A DNA stretch of 64,000 nucleotides from a virus. Taxonomy: Duplodnaviria; Caudoviricetes. A program made the position numbers and the translations under genes. The DNA lies in IMG/VR virus record IMGVR_UViG_3300020036_004254, one strand, 5' to 3'. The notes under the pieces are model-generated. The model was not told the origin of the DNA. It ran no database searches and saw nothing but the letters and a program-made list of their open reading frames with translations. Shown piece by piece: positions 39,028-48,413 of this stretch (position 1 is the first letter of the stretch; each line of letters begins with the position of its first letter).

Positions 39028-39313
39028 GGGAATCTCTGACTTGCGCTAACCCTTTTCACGGGATACCTTTCCCTCATGAAAACTTTCTCCATCACGTTCA
39101 ACGGGCGACCCATTGGGTCGATTGGTATTTGCTCTGTCTTTACGGTGGAAGTCACCGCAAGAGACATTTGGGATGCCTGTTCCCGTCTGTACGAAACACA
39201 CGAACATATCCGGTTGGTGACACACAGTGAAGTACAGAATAAGGGAAACCCCGACTAGCGTTCCGCTTTTCAGGGGTTTACCTTTCGTTCACACCCTCTA
39301 GGGAGAATCACCG

Positions 39314-39847
39314 ATGTCCAGCTTGCTCCAAAATCTTGCGGGGATGAAGGGCGCGAAGTTCGCCTCTTTCGTCTACACCGCCAAGCCGTCAGGCCCCCGG
39401 CTCACTGAGGAAAAGGCGCGGCACGTGCTTATCCTCGGTGCGTCCACCAAATCTTTGTACGAACGGGATTTGGAAGTGTTGGCGGAAATCGCGCCGACGC
39501 TCAAGGGGCTGGAAGCCGACGCCGCAGAAATCATCGCGGAATCCCGGCGCGTGTCGCTCGCCGTCGGCATCGGCCACAATCCGGCGTACACCGGGGAAGA
39601 TGCCTACAGCGCAACCAACATCCCCGGCGTCAAGGTCCACAACGTCACGGGAGAAATCCACGTAAACGGATTGGTCGTGCGGAAGGATGTCATCACGGAA
39701 GCGACCTACCGCAAGGTCAACAGCAAGCCTGAGACGCTGGCACGTAAGGCCGTGGAGAACATGCTCCCGTCGTCCAAGTTCCGCCAGTTCAAGCTGTCCG
39801 GTATCACCGTCGCCAAGCTCAACGGCGAGACAATCGAAATGGAATAA
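39314..39847 (+). CDS. hypothetical protein
   Basis: box promoter at 39242; GGAG RBS; 177 aa. Confidence 0.75.
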   Translation: MSSLLQNLAGMKGAKFASFVYTAKPSGPRLTEEKARHVLILGASTKSLYERDLEVLAEIAPTLKGLEADAAEIIAESRRVSLAVGIGHNPAYTGEDAYSATNIPGVKVHNVTGEIHVNGLVVRKDVITEATYRKVNSKPETLARKAVENMLPSSKFRQFKLSGITVAKLNGETIEME

Positions 39848-40187
39848 GTCTCAGGGGGTTGTGGACTCGCCCCTTGAGCGTCTTTTTTGTTCAAAACGTA
39901 AACCCAAACGTTGCGCCAAACGCAAAGCGAAACGTTGCCACTCGGTATTTTTGCGCTATGTGCAACTCCTCTGACACTCGCACGGCATCCCCGGAAGCGC
40001 AAGGGTTGTCGTTCCCCCTTGAGCAAACAGAATCCGCCGAACGGCGAGCAACCAAGCGTCGGCGTCTACGGCTCATGCTCTTGCACCTTGGCCACTGGAT
40101 TCTTTCCAGTGCAGTAACCAACATGAGCGAAGCTCAACTAGACGCGATGCTCTTGCTCGTCCACAGTGCAGACCCGAACAAGCTGTA

Positions 40188-40260
40188 GGCTGGCACGGAA
40201 CTTGCAGGCGCACGGGCTGGCACGGAACTTGCAGGCGCACGGGCTGGCACGGTTTTTGCT
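40188..40260 (+). repeat. 27-bp tandem repeat, each unit carrying a sigma54 -24/-12 consensus
   Basis: TGGCACGGAACTTGCA at 40191 and 40218; TGGCACGGTTTTTGCT at 40245. Confidence 0.8.
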
Positions 40261-40441
40261 TCCCGTGCGTTCATCCCGACGACGGAAAAAAGTTCGGGTT
40301 CCCACTTGCGGAAATGGAATCGCCCCCTTACCCTTCCTGAAGGGCCGAAATGCCCGGCAGGGTTTTTTGACAATCGGGGGAAAAATGTTCGCCCCGAATG
40401 GGCGCGAACCATGTTCCCCCACTTTTCAGGGAGCTACAAAG

Positions 40442-41506
40442 ATGGCGCACGAACTGGAACAGAATGAAGAGGGAACGTCGTTTTTCCAAGTGGTGCGGGA
40501 AGGTGTCGCGCTTGCGTGGCACAATCTCGGCAAGTATTTCACTGCCGACGAACGGCCCAACACAACGGCGGAAGCTCTGAAGCTCTGCCGTGGTGACTTC
40601 GAAGTCGAAGTCAGGCCCCAGACTTACACCGCCTACACTTCCGACGGTGACACATACCAACGGGAAAGCACGCTGTCGGCGGCTATCGTCCGGACGGACA
40701 ACAACGTCGAAGTGGGGAGCGCGACACCGGGATATACGGTGATGCAATTCAGTGAGGCGATGCGGAACCTTGACCCGTTCATCGGGGAAGGGTTGGCGAC
40801 AATCGAGACGGCTGGCGTCTTCCGCAACGGTGACAAGGCTTTCATGCTCATGCGGTGGAATATCGAACGCTTTGGCGACCTTTGCCGGGAAGCGTTCGGG
40901 GACAGCATGCGAGCCTACGGGCTGGCCACGGCATCCCACTCTGGCCGGGACGGTATCTGTTTCTACGATACCGATGTCACCGTGGTGTGCCAGAATACGG
41001 AACGGGCCGCCGTCAATGGGTCCACCTCCAAGTTCATGGCGAAGCACTCGCGCAAGGCTGGGACGCGAGTCGTGGACGGTGTGACCAAGCTTTGGGGCGG
41101 AGTGGTCGCACAGCGTGAGGAAATCGGACGGGCAATCCTTGCCCTCCGTTCCCTGACGTTGGACGAAGCGACCTTCCGGGCAATGGTGCTGGACGTTATC
41201 GCACCACTGCCGCAAGAGTCGAAGAGCTTCGACCCGAGCGCGAAGTTCGCCAACACGATGGTCCGACGGGCAGAGGAAAAGAGGCTTACGCTGTCAAGCC
41301 TCTGGCACAACGCACCGGGACACGTTGGTGACGGGTCGGCTTGGGAAGCGTACAAAGCGGTGACGCATGCCGCCGACCATAGCGGTGTCCTTTGGTCGCC
41401 CCGGTCGCTGGAATCACGGGCCGAGGGACTGCTAGAGGGTCCGATGGTCACCGCCAAGAATGCGGTCTATAACGGACTGCTGGAACTGGCCACGGCAGGG
41501 AAGTAA
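40442..41506 (+). CDS. DUF932 (LGT_TIGR03299-like) phage/plasmid protein
   Basis: MAHE start, AWH.LG, RTD, Y...Q, ETAG....G, SH.G, VVC.NT, KH and SAW..Y.AVT..DH motifs. Confidence 0.8.
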   Translation: MAHELEQNEEGTSFFQVVREGVALAWHNLGKYFTADERPNTTAEALKLCRGDFEVEVRPQTYTAYTSDGDTYQRESTLSAAIVRTDNNVEVGSATPGYTVMQFSEAMRNLDPFIGEGLATIETAGVFRNGDKAFMLMRWNIERFGDLCREAFGDSMRAYGLATASHSGRDGICFYDTDVTVVCQNTERAAVNGSTSKFMAKHSRKAGTRVVDGVTKLWGGVVAQREEIGRAILALRSLTLDEATFRAMVLDVIAPLPQESKSFDPSAKFANTMVRRAEEKRLTLSSLWHNAPGHVGDGSAWEAYKAVTHAADHSGVLWSPRSLESRAEGLLEGPMVTAKNAVYNGLLELATAGK

Positions 41507-41511
41507 GGGAC

Positions 41512-41546
41512 AGCGGGGCAAGGCTTGGACAGCTTGCCCCGCTTTC
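41512..41546 (+). terminator. terminator-like hairpin ending the early region
   Basis: AGCGGGGCAAG/CTTGCCCCGCT followed by TT. Confidence 0.65.
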
Positions 41547-42058
41547 CTGCCTCTGGAACATAACTAGTTAGTTATGCGTGACTATTCGTTTAAAGGCGAT
41601 TTAAGGGCCTATCGCCGTTTAGGGCTATAGGGGTAGCCTAAACCCAAACGTGCATACGCTAAGTATATGTGTTTCAACAGGTTACACGCTTTGTGATAGT
41701 GCCTCTGCATACGGATTATGCAGGCTCTAATGCCCGTATAACGCAAGATTTGGCCGAATGTGTGCCTTAATGTTTTATTCGGGAATCGTTCGGTCTATAG
41801 AGTGATAGCACTTTCAGGGAAACCCTTATTGACTTTGGGGCGCGAGTGGTGTACCCGCTCAGAGAAAAGGGCTATATGACTTTATAGGAATATTCGGAAT
41901 ACCCGACCGACATGGGGGCATGGCATATGAAACGAGGTTACGATTTTCAAAAAATATTTCCCAGAATTTTTTTCCCGGGAAACCCAAATCATAAGACGCG
42001 GTGGAATACCCTTGTGTTCAGGAAGTGAATACCCTTGTGTTTGCTGATTGGCAAACAC

Positions 42059-42499
42059 TCACCACTCAAAGGAAAACTGTTCTCCGTTGATGATATCACG
42101 CCAGTGTTCAGGAAGTTGACAGTTGTGTGGAGCGTGGGTGAAGAGGGGAGCGATTTGGAAGTCGTTGTATCCGGCACGACCGCACCCGATGCGAGTGACG
42201 GCGAAGGTGAGGTTTGGGTATTGGTTGGCGTAGTCGAGGAAGGTGGAGACGTAGTTGACGACTGTTTTGAACGGGAGCGTGTTGATGTTTTCGTCTTTGG
42301 TGGGGATGGCGTAGGCTCGTCCTTGGGGACCATGTCCGACTCCACGGACGGCTCCATAGAGGTCAAGGGCGTCTTTAGCGGCACCCGCACCGTGTCGTCC
42401 TGCGAGGTTGGAGCCAAAGACGAAGATAGCGTTGGGGTGTTTCATGAGGGATTCCACGCGGAGTGTTTCGGCGTGGTCGTTGACGGTGAAGCGTTTCAT
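42059..42499 (-). CDS. A1S_2505-family (macro-like) phage protein
   Basis: IFVFGSNLAGRHGAGAA, G..YAIPT, F.VT.IGCG.AG. Confidence 0.8.
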   Translation of the reverse strand: MKRFTVNDHAETLRVESLMKHPNAIFVFGSNLAGRHGAGAAKDALDLYGAVRGVGHGPQGRAYAIPTKDENINTLPFKTVVNYVSTFLDYANQYPNLTFAVTRIGCGRAGYNDFQIAPLFTHAPHNCQLPEHWRDIINGEQFSFEW

Positions 42500-43205
42500 G
42501 GTTGGATATTGTGTTTTTTCGCCCATTCAATGAGGATGGATTTGAAAGTTTTTCTGTCGATGTATTTTTCTGTATAATCTCCATTGGGTCTAAGCCACGG
42601 GAGGGTGTCTGTCCATTTTTCGTTATGGAGTTCATCAATGAGTATGTTGAGGAGTTCAGTGTCGGTCATGGTTGGGCCTCGGGGGTTGACGCTGTCAAAA
42701 TCTGACTGTCAAGTTTTGTGACACACGAGGTCAGCACTTTATTGACGGCATCACAGAGGACGCAGTCGTAGCGTTTGTGGGTGCGGCATCTGCCATAGGT
42801 GGTGAATTCTCGTAGTGTGTTTTTGAGGGTTTGTTGTGCGTTTGTGATGGCGTGATTATAGACCAAGTCACGAAACGTTTCCAGTTCTTGGATGCACCCA
42901 GCACAGGCGAAGTACTCGCCGTCGGGTTCTCCTTTCTCGGGGTAGTCACATCCAAAGCGTTGGGCCAGTGCGAACATCATGTCTCGTTCGGGGGTGGTCA
43001 TAAATGAATTTCTCTGTTGAGGTGTCCGCGATTAGCCATTAGGATACCTCGGTCCACGCACAGCGGACAGACCGATGATGAATACCATGACGATGAAAAT
43101 GTATGAGAACATTACGGTTGGGCCTCATCGATATTGGAGGTGGTGTGTCCACAGGGGCAGACAAAGAGCCATTCGTAGTCTGGCGGGGTATTGGGGAAGG
43201 TCATT

Positions 43206-43691
43206 TCATGGTGATGAATGTGGGGTGTGTTCCAGAACTTCCACCACGGGTGTTTCGGTGTGGGGAGTGGAGGGTGGACAAAGGGCCATTTCAGTTGTAG
43301 ATTTCTCTGATGGGACAGGGTCAGGTTGTGTAGGGTTGTTTTCATTGCGCCAGTGTTCCCATGAGGGGTGGGTGGCTTTATGGTAAAGCCACGAGGGGTG
43401 TTCGGGTTTGGGGGTGAAGGGCGGGGTCACGATGGGATTTTGACAGCGTTGGCAGAGGGGGACGTAGAGGGTTTCTTCTGGTCCATATTCATTGGTGACG
43501 AGGGCATAGGAGAGGTGTGTTTCACAGAAGTAGAGTCCACAGCCGTATTCCCCGCCAAGTGGGTCACCGCCGCAGACGTATCCAAGTCCTCGGTCGATGG
43601 TGCGTTTACATTTGGGGTGGTCGCAGAAGGCGGGGACGCCGTATCCTACGTCACGTTTCCACTTGTGGTCGTATCCTATAGACCAGCCCAT
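43206..43691 (-). CDS. hypothetical Cys/His-rich protein
   Basis: MGWS.GYD...RD.GYGVPA.CDHP.C...IDRGL.Y.CGG. Confidence 0.7.
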   Translation of the reverse strand: MGWSIGYDHKWKRDVGYGVPAFCDHPKCKRTIDRGLGYVCGGDPLGGEYGCGLYFCETHLSYALVTNEYGPEETLYVPLCQRCQNPIVTPPFTPKPEHPSWLYHKATHPSWEHWRNENNPTQPDPVPSEKSTTEMALCPPSTPHTETPVVEVLEHTPHSSP

Positions 43692-43969
43692 GGAGCCTCC
43701 TGAGGGATTGCCCATTCATCTTGGTATCCAGCGGCTCGAATCAGATTTCGAATCAGGGCATGAATAGTTCTGGCTTCATCTTTTCCGTACATGTTGTACA
43801 GGTGGGCTTCGGTTAAAAACGGTGCCGTTTCGTCTCCGGGTTCGAACATGGGATATTGTTTGGAATGGCCGTTGACTTTGGAGTGTGCCTTAAGATTCAC
43901 ATCGGGCACGTGGGTCATTAGGCGTCTGACGGCGTCTTCGAACGCGGGGCGGTCAAATGATGGAGTCAT
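43676..43969 (-). CDS. hypothetical protein
   Basis: 97-aa ORF in the minus-strand operon. Confidence 0.6.
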   Translation of the reverse strand: MTPSFDRPAFEDAVRRLMTHVPDVNLKAHSKVNGHSKQYPMFEPGDETAPFLTEAHLYNMYGKDEARTIHALIRNLIRAAGYQDEWAIPQEAPWAGL

Positions 43970-44442
43970 GGAATGGGGAAGGGTTTGAGGTCGTGGGGTT
44001 GGTCGTCAATGAGAGTGTGGGGTTTTGCTATCTTGGCGCGAAGAGCATCTGCAAGCGCGTACACACCAGATTCAATACCATCGGCGTGGTGTGGAGAACG
44101 GATGGCACATGCATCCGTAATGACCTTGCGAAGGAACTCCTCTGACAGACTTTGGCGAGCGGAGCATCGCTTGCAAGTGACCCGCCGCTTGTGGCCAATG
44201 AATGACTCGCCACAGTGAATGCAGTTGTTGACGTAGTTCCCGTTCTCGTGCGAGAAGTCCTCGGGCCAGTCACACTCCCGCGCTTCGCGCTCGGGGTCGG
44301 GTTGTTCAGGACCACCCCACCGTTGCCACGGGAGCGGACAGGACCGACCTGTTGCGTGTGGTTCATTGTCGCGGTTCTGTGGGCAGAGTGAGTGAACGCA
44401 GTCACCGTCCTGCCCTGCCGCGCAGAGGGTAAGCGTGGTCAT
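43966..44442 (-). CDS. hypothetical Zn-finger protein
   Basis: DW.EDF.HENGNY...C..C...F.GHKRR..C..C. Confidence 0.65.
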   Translation of the reverse strand: MTTLTLCAAGQDGDCVHSLCPQNRDNEPHATGRSCPLPWQRWGGPEQPDPEREARECDWPEDFSHENGNYVNNCIHCGESFIGHKRRVTCKRCSARQSLSEEFLRKVITDACAIRSPHHADGIESGVYALADALRAKIAKPHTLIDDQPHDLKPFPIP

Positions 44443-44846
44443 GGGTTTTCTCTGGTAAGTTTCATTTTGACACCAACGTAGGCATCGGTGAGGATGTCGT
44501 ATTGGTCTGAGAGGGTGGCAACTTCTTTTTTGAGTCTGGCTATTTCCTCTACGGCGTTGACCACATTCTGAGCAGAGACAAACACACTCAGACCACAAGG
44601 CGGATTGTGGTGATAGCGTGTGGCGACCTCTTCGAGCGAGACTTCGGTGTACGAAGGAATCTTATGAATCGCATCAAATTCTTCTTGGTTTACCGCTCTG
44701 AAACGGACGACATATCTTCCCGAAAGAATATGTTTATTGGCCTCGTAATGGGACAAGGTATATTGAAAGGGGTGTGGTGTTTCGTAATTGTAGAAAATAC
44801 CCCACATTTCAAGGGGTTTCAGCGGGTATAGAAAATCGTTAGTCAT
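44439..44846 (-). CDS. hypothetical protein
   Basis: AGGAG RBS. Confidence 0.6.
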   Translation of the reverse strand: MTNDFLYPLKPLEMWGIFYNYETPHPFQYTLSHYEANKHILSGRYVVRFRAVNQEEFDAIHKIPSYTEVSLEEVATRYHHNPPCGLSVFVSAQNVVNAVEEIARLKKEVATLSDQYDILTDAYVGVKMKLTRENP

Positions 44847-45219
44847 TGGTGTCTCCTGAGGGTACGTGAAAGAATCCCATTTGACCCCGGTAGGGGGTGA
44901 GTGGGAGTGCGGTGGGGTTTTTCAGAACAAAGCCGTACTTTCCGGTGAACCACGGGCTGTCCGACCGTTCAACACAGTCCGCGATGTCCACGGTTCCGAC
45001 CAACCCGCCCATGGGAAAGGCGTCTGGGTCGGGAAGTGGGATGTTGGGATGGGTGTGCATGACGGTGACGTACCCCATGTGGTCAAACGATTTTCCGGCG
45101 TGGACAAAGAACGTCCCTCGGTGGTTGGTGCGCCACGAGCGATTTTCAATATCTTTGTAGCCGTTGACGATGAGCCACGCCCACGGCTGTCGAATGGTCA
45201 GGGCATTCATTCCATACAC
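44839..45219 (-). CDS. ASCH-domain RNA-binding protein
   Basis: L.I.QPWA.LI..G.K.IE.R.W.T..RG, G..G.F. Confidence 0.9.
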   Translation of the reverse strand: MYGMNALTIRQPWAWLIVNGYKDIENRSWRTNHRGTFFVHAGKSFDHMGYVTVMHTHPNIPLPDPDAFPMGGLVGTVDIADCVERSDSPWFTGKYGFVLKNPTALPLTPYRGQMGFFHVPSGDTND

Positions 45220-45575
45220 TCGGCAATTTGGTCGGTGATAGTGGTGTAGAAATCGCGCACGGCTTCGTTGAATTCGTTTTTGGTGATGAATTCCATATTA
45301 TCGGATATATTACAACGAGCGTTCGTGTCTAGTTCAATGACGTTGTGTGGGGTGTGTTGAATGGTCCACCCCCGGAGATTGTTCATGGTGTCAATGTGGG
45401 TGATAATTCCGTACATCCACCAACGGTCTGACCCACCGTAACTATTCCGGAACCGAAAACATTTCCCAACGTGTCGCGCTCTCTCAGCCGCTTTTGACGC
45501 TTCTGTATATTCCTTCTCGCGCTTGAGAATATCGTGGGCTTTTTCAACCTGTTGTTTGGTTGGGCGGTTATTCAT
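45207..45575 (-). CDS. hypothetical protein
   Basis: ORF in operon. Confidence 0.55.
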   Translation of the reverse strand: MNNRPTKQQVEKAHDILKREKEYTEASKAAERARHVGKCFRFRNSYGGSDRWWMYGIITHIDTMNNLRGWTIQHTPHNVIELDTNARCNISDNMEFITKNEFNEAVRDFYTTITDQIAECME

Positions 45576-45846
45576 GGTCAAATTCCTCGGCAATGACATC
45601 TTCAATGGCATTCAGAATGGTGGTATCGTTGGTGCCGTTCAGTAAATCTGAGGCGGTCAGGACTTTGACCATGGCCACGCGGTAGATGGAGCGTTCGTGG
45701 TTGCGGATATGGTCTTCAAAGTTATCCAACGTGTTGAACGCTCGTGTCGTGTTTTCTCCAGAGGCTCTGGGACGAGACAGGAGGTTCTGCATGGTGGTGC
45801 GATACGAATCCACCAAATCTTTCAAGTGAATAAGGTCACTGTTCAT
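45568..45846 (-). CDS. hypothetical protein
   Basis: ORF in operon. Confidence 0.55.
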   Translation of the reverse strand: MNSDLIHLKDLVDSYRTTMQNLLSRPRASGENTTRAFNTLDNFEDHIRNHERSIYRVAMVKVLTASDLLNGTNDTTILNAIEDVIAEEFDHE

Positions 45847-46322
45847 AGAGTCCTCATGGGGATAACCAAAAAGTGTGAACGTTCGGATGCTCTGGGGATT
45901 AAGACGCCTCTGGTGCCGCTTCCTTCGTCTCCCCCGTAGACATCCCGGAATCGTCCGGTGCGAATCAGGGCGAGCAAATCGGTTGGACGAATGGACCAGA
46001 TTTCATTCAGGTGTTTCAAATAATACACAAACCAATCAGCGGTACAAACTTGGATGCCGGATTTCTTGCCACGGGACTGGACTTCGATAAAGAGATTGCC
46101 TGTGTCTTTGGTGGGGGTAATCAGCACATCGGTTTTGATTTCGAAGGAGACAGGACCATGGCCAAAGACACTTCCGTTAGGAAAGTTGATGATGCGGTCG
46201 TATCGATTGGTGTCGTTGGAGGCAATGGGTGTTCCATCGTATTCCTGTGCAAACAATGTCACGACTTCGTGTTCCCCGGCTTCTCCGTCTTCAAGGTCTT
46301 GAGAAAAGTTATAGTGGGCCAT
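45843..46322 (-). CDS. PD-(D/E)XK-like nuclease-fold phage protein
   Basis: F..DL..G..GE, YD, FEIKTD, TGN.FIE..SRGK.SGI....AD. Confidence 0.6.
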   Translation of the reverse strand: MAHYNFSQDLEDGEAGEHEVVTLFAQEYDGTPIASNDTNRYDRIINFPNGSVFGHGPVSFEIKTDVLITPTKDTGNLFIEVQSRGKKSGIQVCTADWFVYYLKHLNEIWSIRPTDLLALIRTGRFRDVYGGDEGSGTRGVLIPRASERSHFLVIPMRTL

Positions 46323-46773
46323 CACGGTCCTCGGTAATTTCATTGTAGATAACACTGTAGAGTACACCGAGGGCCACCAGCAACATAAAGTAATCCCCAA
46401 TCCATTCATAAATGTAGAACAGTACCGTATATACAGCAAGAACCACTGCGATAGCAAGGATTGCAAATACACCGACACCAAGAATCACCATACTCGTTAC
46501 TACCAACGCTTTGAGAGAATTCGGGAGCCTGTTATAGAGTGCGTCAAGTTTGTTCATATAACGATGATAACCCAAATATAGAAGACAATGAAGATTAACT
46601 CAAAAATTAGCGTGATTTCACCAAACAGGAGATAGGAGGCCCACAACAGTCCAAAAAATGCGCCTAAGAATACAAAGAGAGAGGTGGTGACTACCAAAGC
46701 CCGAAGGGGGCGATTCATGGTTTGCAACCACTTCATAATACGAAGAAGGGTTTTATCAGTGACAATGATTTCT

Positions 46774-47256
46774 TTAGACATGTGAGGTATTCCGTTTGAG
46801 GTATTGGTCGATAGCTTCGCGGAGATTTTGGCAAATCACTTTCCCTTGTTCAGACACCCAAAACTCTTCTGGGCCTTGGGACAGGGTCGCCCCGTATTCT
46901 CCGGATTCTACCCATGCATCGGTGTAGCCAAGGTCAATCCGTTCTTCCGTTTTGAGGCATTCTTCAAGGCCGTCCAGCAACAGTTTATCCTTGGTCAGTT
47001 CTTGGACTTGGTGTCGCAGGTCTTTGATTTCTCGCCCCAAGGTGCAGTTGCAAATCAATCCTTCTGTTCCCACTCGTGCGTTGTGGTTGCCGTTGCAGAA
47101 AGCCACATGGAGCGTTCCTTCTTCGAGTTTTCTAAACATCCGAATGATGTCTTGTTCATAGGCGGCGATGGTGTTTTCCAACTTTGCCACATATTCTTGG
47201 ATTGTCTCATTTGAGTTCACATGACCTCCGTCAAGGGTACTCAGGTATAGTATCAC
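46774..47256 (-). CDS. hypothetical coiled-coil protein
   Basis: first gene of the minus block; start uncertain. Confidence 0.55.
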   Translation of the reverse strand: MILYLSTLDGGHVNSNETIQEYVAKLENTIAAYEQDIIRMFRKLEEGTLHVAFCNGNHNARVGTEGLICNCTLGREIKDLRHQVQELTKDKLLLDGLEECLKTEERIDLGYTDAWVESGEYGATLSQGPEEFWVSEQGKVICQNLREAIDQYLKRNTSHV

Positions 47257-47366
47257 CCATTTCGCACTTTGTCAACCCCCACCCCTTGACATCGTGGGGA
47301 CAGGGGTGTATCTTCCGGAGTCGGTCAAAAACACCATAAATAAAACGCACCAGAACCGGGAGGAAA

Positions 47367-47606
47367 ATGAAGCGAAGATTTTGGCGGGACGCCTCTCGGC
47401 AACGGAAGGCACAACTGGTATTGTTAACCAAGGCATTTGTATTTCAAATATTTTCGGTTATCATGACATTTGTGTTGGCCTTGGCGATTACCCGGGACAT
47501 GGATATGAGTTTATCTTTTTCTGCGGTGGATATTGCGATGAAAGTCGTGTTATATTACGTGTTTGATGTCAGTTGGACCAAGTTGTTAACCCATTTTAAG
47601 GAGTAA
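47367..47606 (+). CDS. DUF2061-like small membrane protein
   Basis: K....I.S...T, K..LYY.F...W; CATAAATA upstream. Confidence 0.65.
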   Translation: MKRRFWRDASRQRKAQLVLLTKAFVFQIFSVIMTFVLALAITRDMDMSLSFSAVDIAMKVVLYYVFDVSWTKLLTHFKE

Positions 47607-48155
47607 GGTATGGTACAGGATACAGTTTCAGCCGTGCAGGACAGTGTGGTAGCCGTTGCCGCCGACAGTGCGGTGGCGGGTTGGGTGATTGCGATTGGCG
47701 GATTAGTGGTAGTGGCCGCTGTTCTCAAGCTGTTGTTTTTCACCAAGGATGCTCCGGGTGAGCCAGTCAACGGTGGTGGCGGTGGTACTGATGAAACGGG
47801 CGGTGGCGAAGCCGAGGTCAGCGATTTGGCCAAGACAGGCGACCGCGCAAAGTCATCTGATGAATCGTTTGGCGGCGGCGTCGGCGGAACGGTTACCGAG
47901 TTCTAAGATGTCGGGCAATGGAAAGGGGGACGACGGTCGTCCGATGGTCGTCCCCAAGAAGGTGTACGACCAAAATCATGAAAACACGTTTGGAAAACAC
48001 ATACCATGGTGGGAAAGGAGAAAACTAGATGCCACATCCACACAAGAACCGTCCACGCAAGGGGCGACGGAAGATAGGAAGCAAGAAGCGTAAAATGCGC
48101 CGGAATCGACGCAAATAGTGCGCAAGTCTTTAACATTATCAAAACAGGTGATTAT

Positions 48156-48413
48156 ATGAACGATTTGACCCCGCAGAACAAGAAAGAATTGTTGGAATCC
48201 TTGAGAATTATCGACGCGGCCATGCATCGTGCTGACGCCGAGCGAACTTTAATCAAGACAGAGAAGAAAAAAATTCGTGAAGCCTTGGATTTGAAGACCA
48301 AAGTTGTGAATCGTCTGGCCAAAGCCTTTTTCCGTTCGAATTTTACCGAGGAAAAGGACGAATTTGAGGAGTTTGAGAACATTTTCAAGGCTGTGTTACC
48401 CAATGCAACTTGA
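48156..48413 (+). CDS. T4 DsbA-like dsDNA-binding protein
   Basis: R.DAE...K, K..NRLAK......F.EE..E.EEF; T4-like synteny. Confidence 0.6.
   Translation: MNDLTPQNKKELLESLRIIDAAMHRADAERTLIKTEKKKIREALDLKTKVVNRLAKAFFRSNFTEEKDEFEEFENIFKAVLPNAT

Larger units (their letters stand above)
21794..41835 (+). promoter_or_regulatory. dispersed AGGG-WWW-CCCY-GA(C) box promoter family (~19 copies)
   Basis: copies at 21794, 23912, 25021, 25683, 27981, 29239, 30791, 31959, 33128, 33563, 33988, 34360, 34594, 36881, 38261, 39027, 39242, ~40295, 41816; each precedes a -35-like hexamer and usually a TAnnnT. Confidence 0.8.

Noticed and set aside
40188-40260. CRISPR mini-array
   Set aside because: Repeats are contiguous with no unique spacers, and no cas genes are present.
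40166-40441. N-terminal extension of the DUF932 ORF with RNLQAHGLA repeats
   Set aside because: It is a translation of the regulatory repeat; the real start is MAHE at 40442 after a GGAG RBS.
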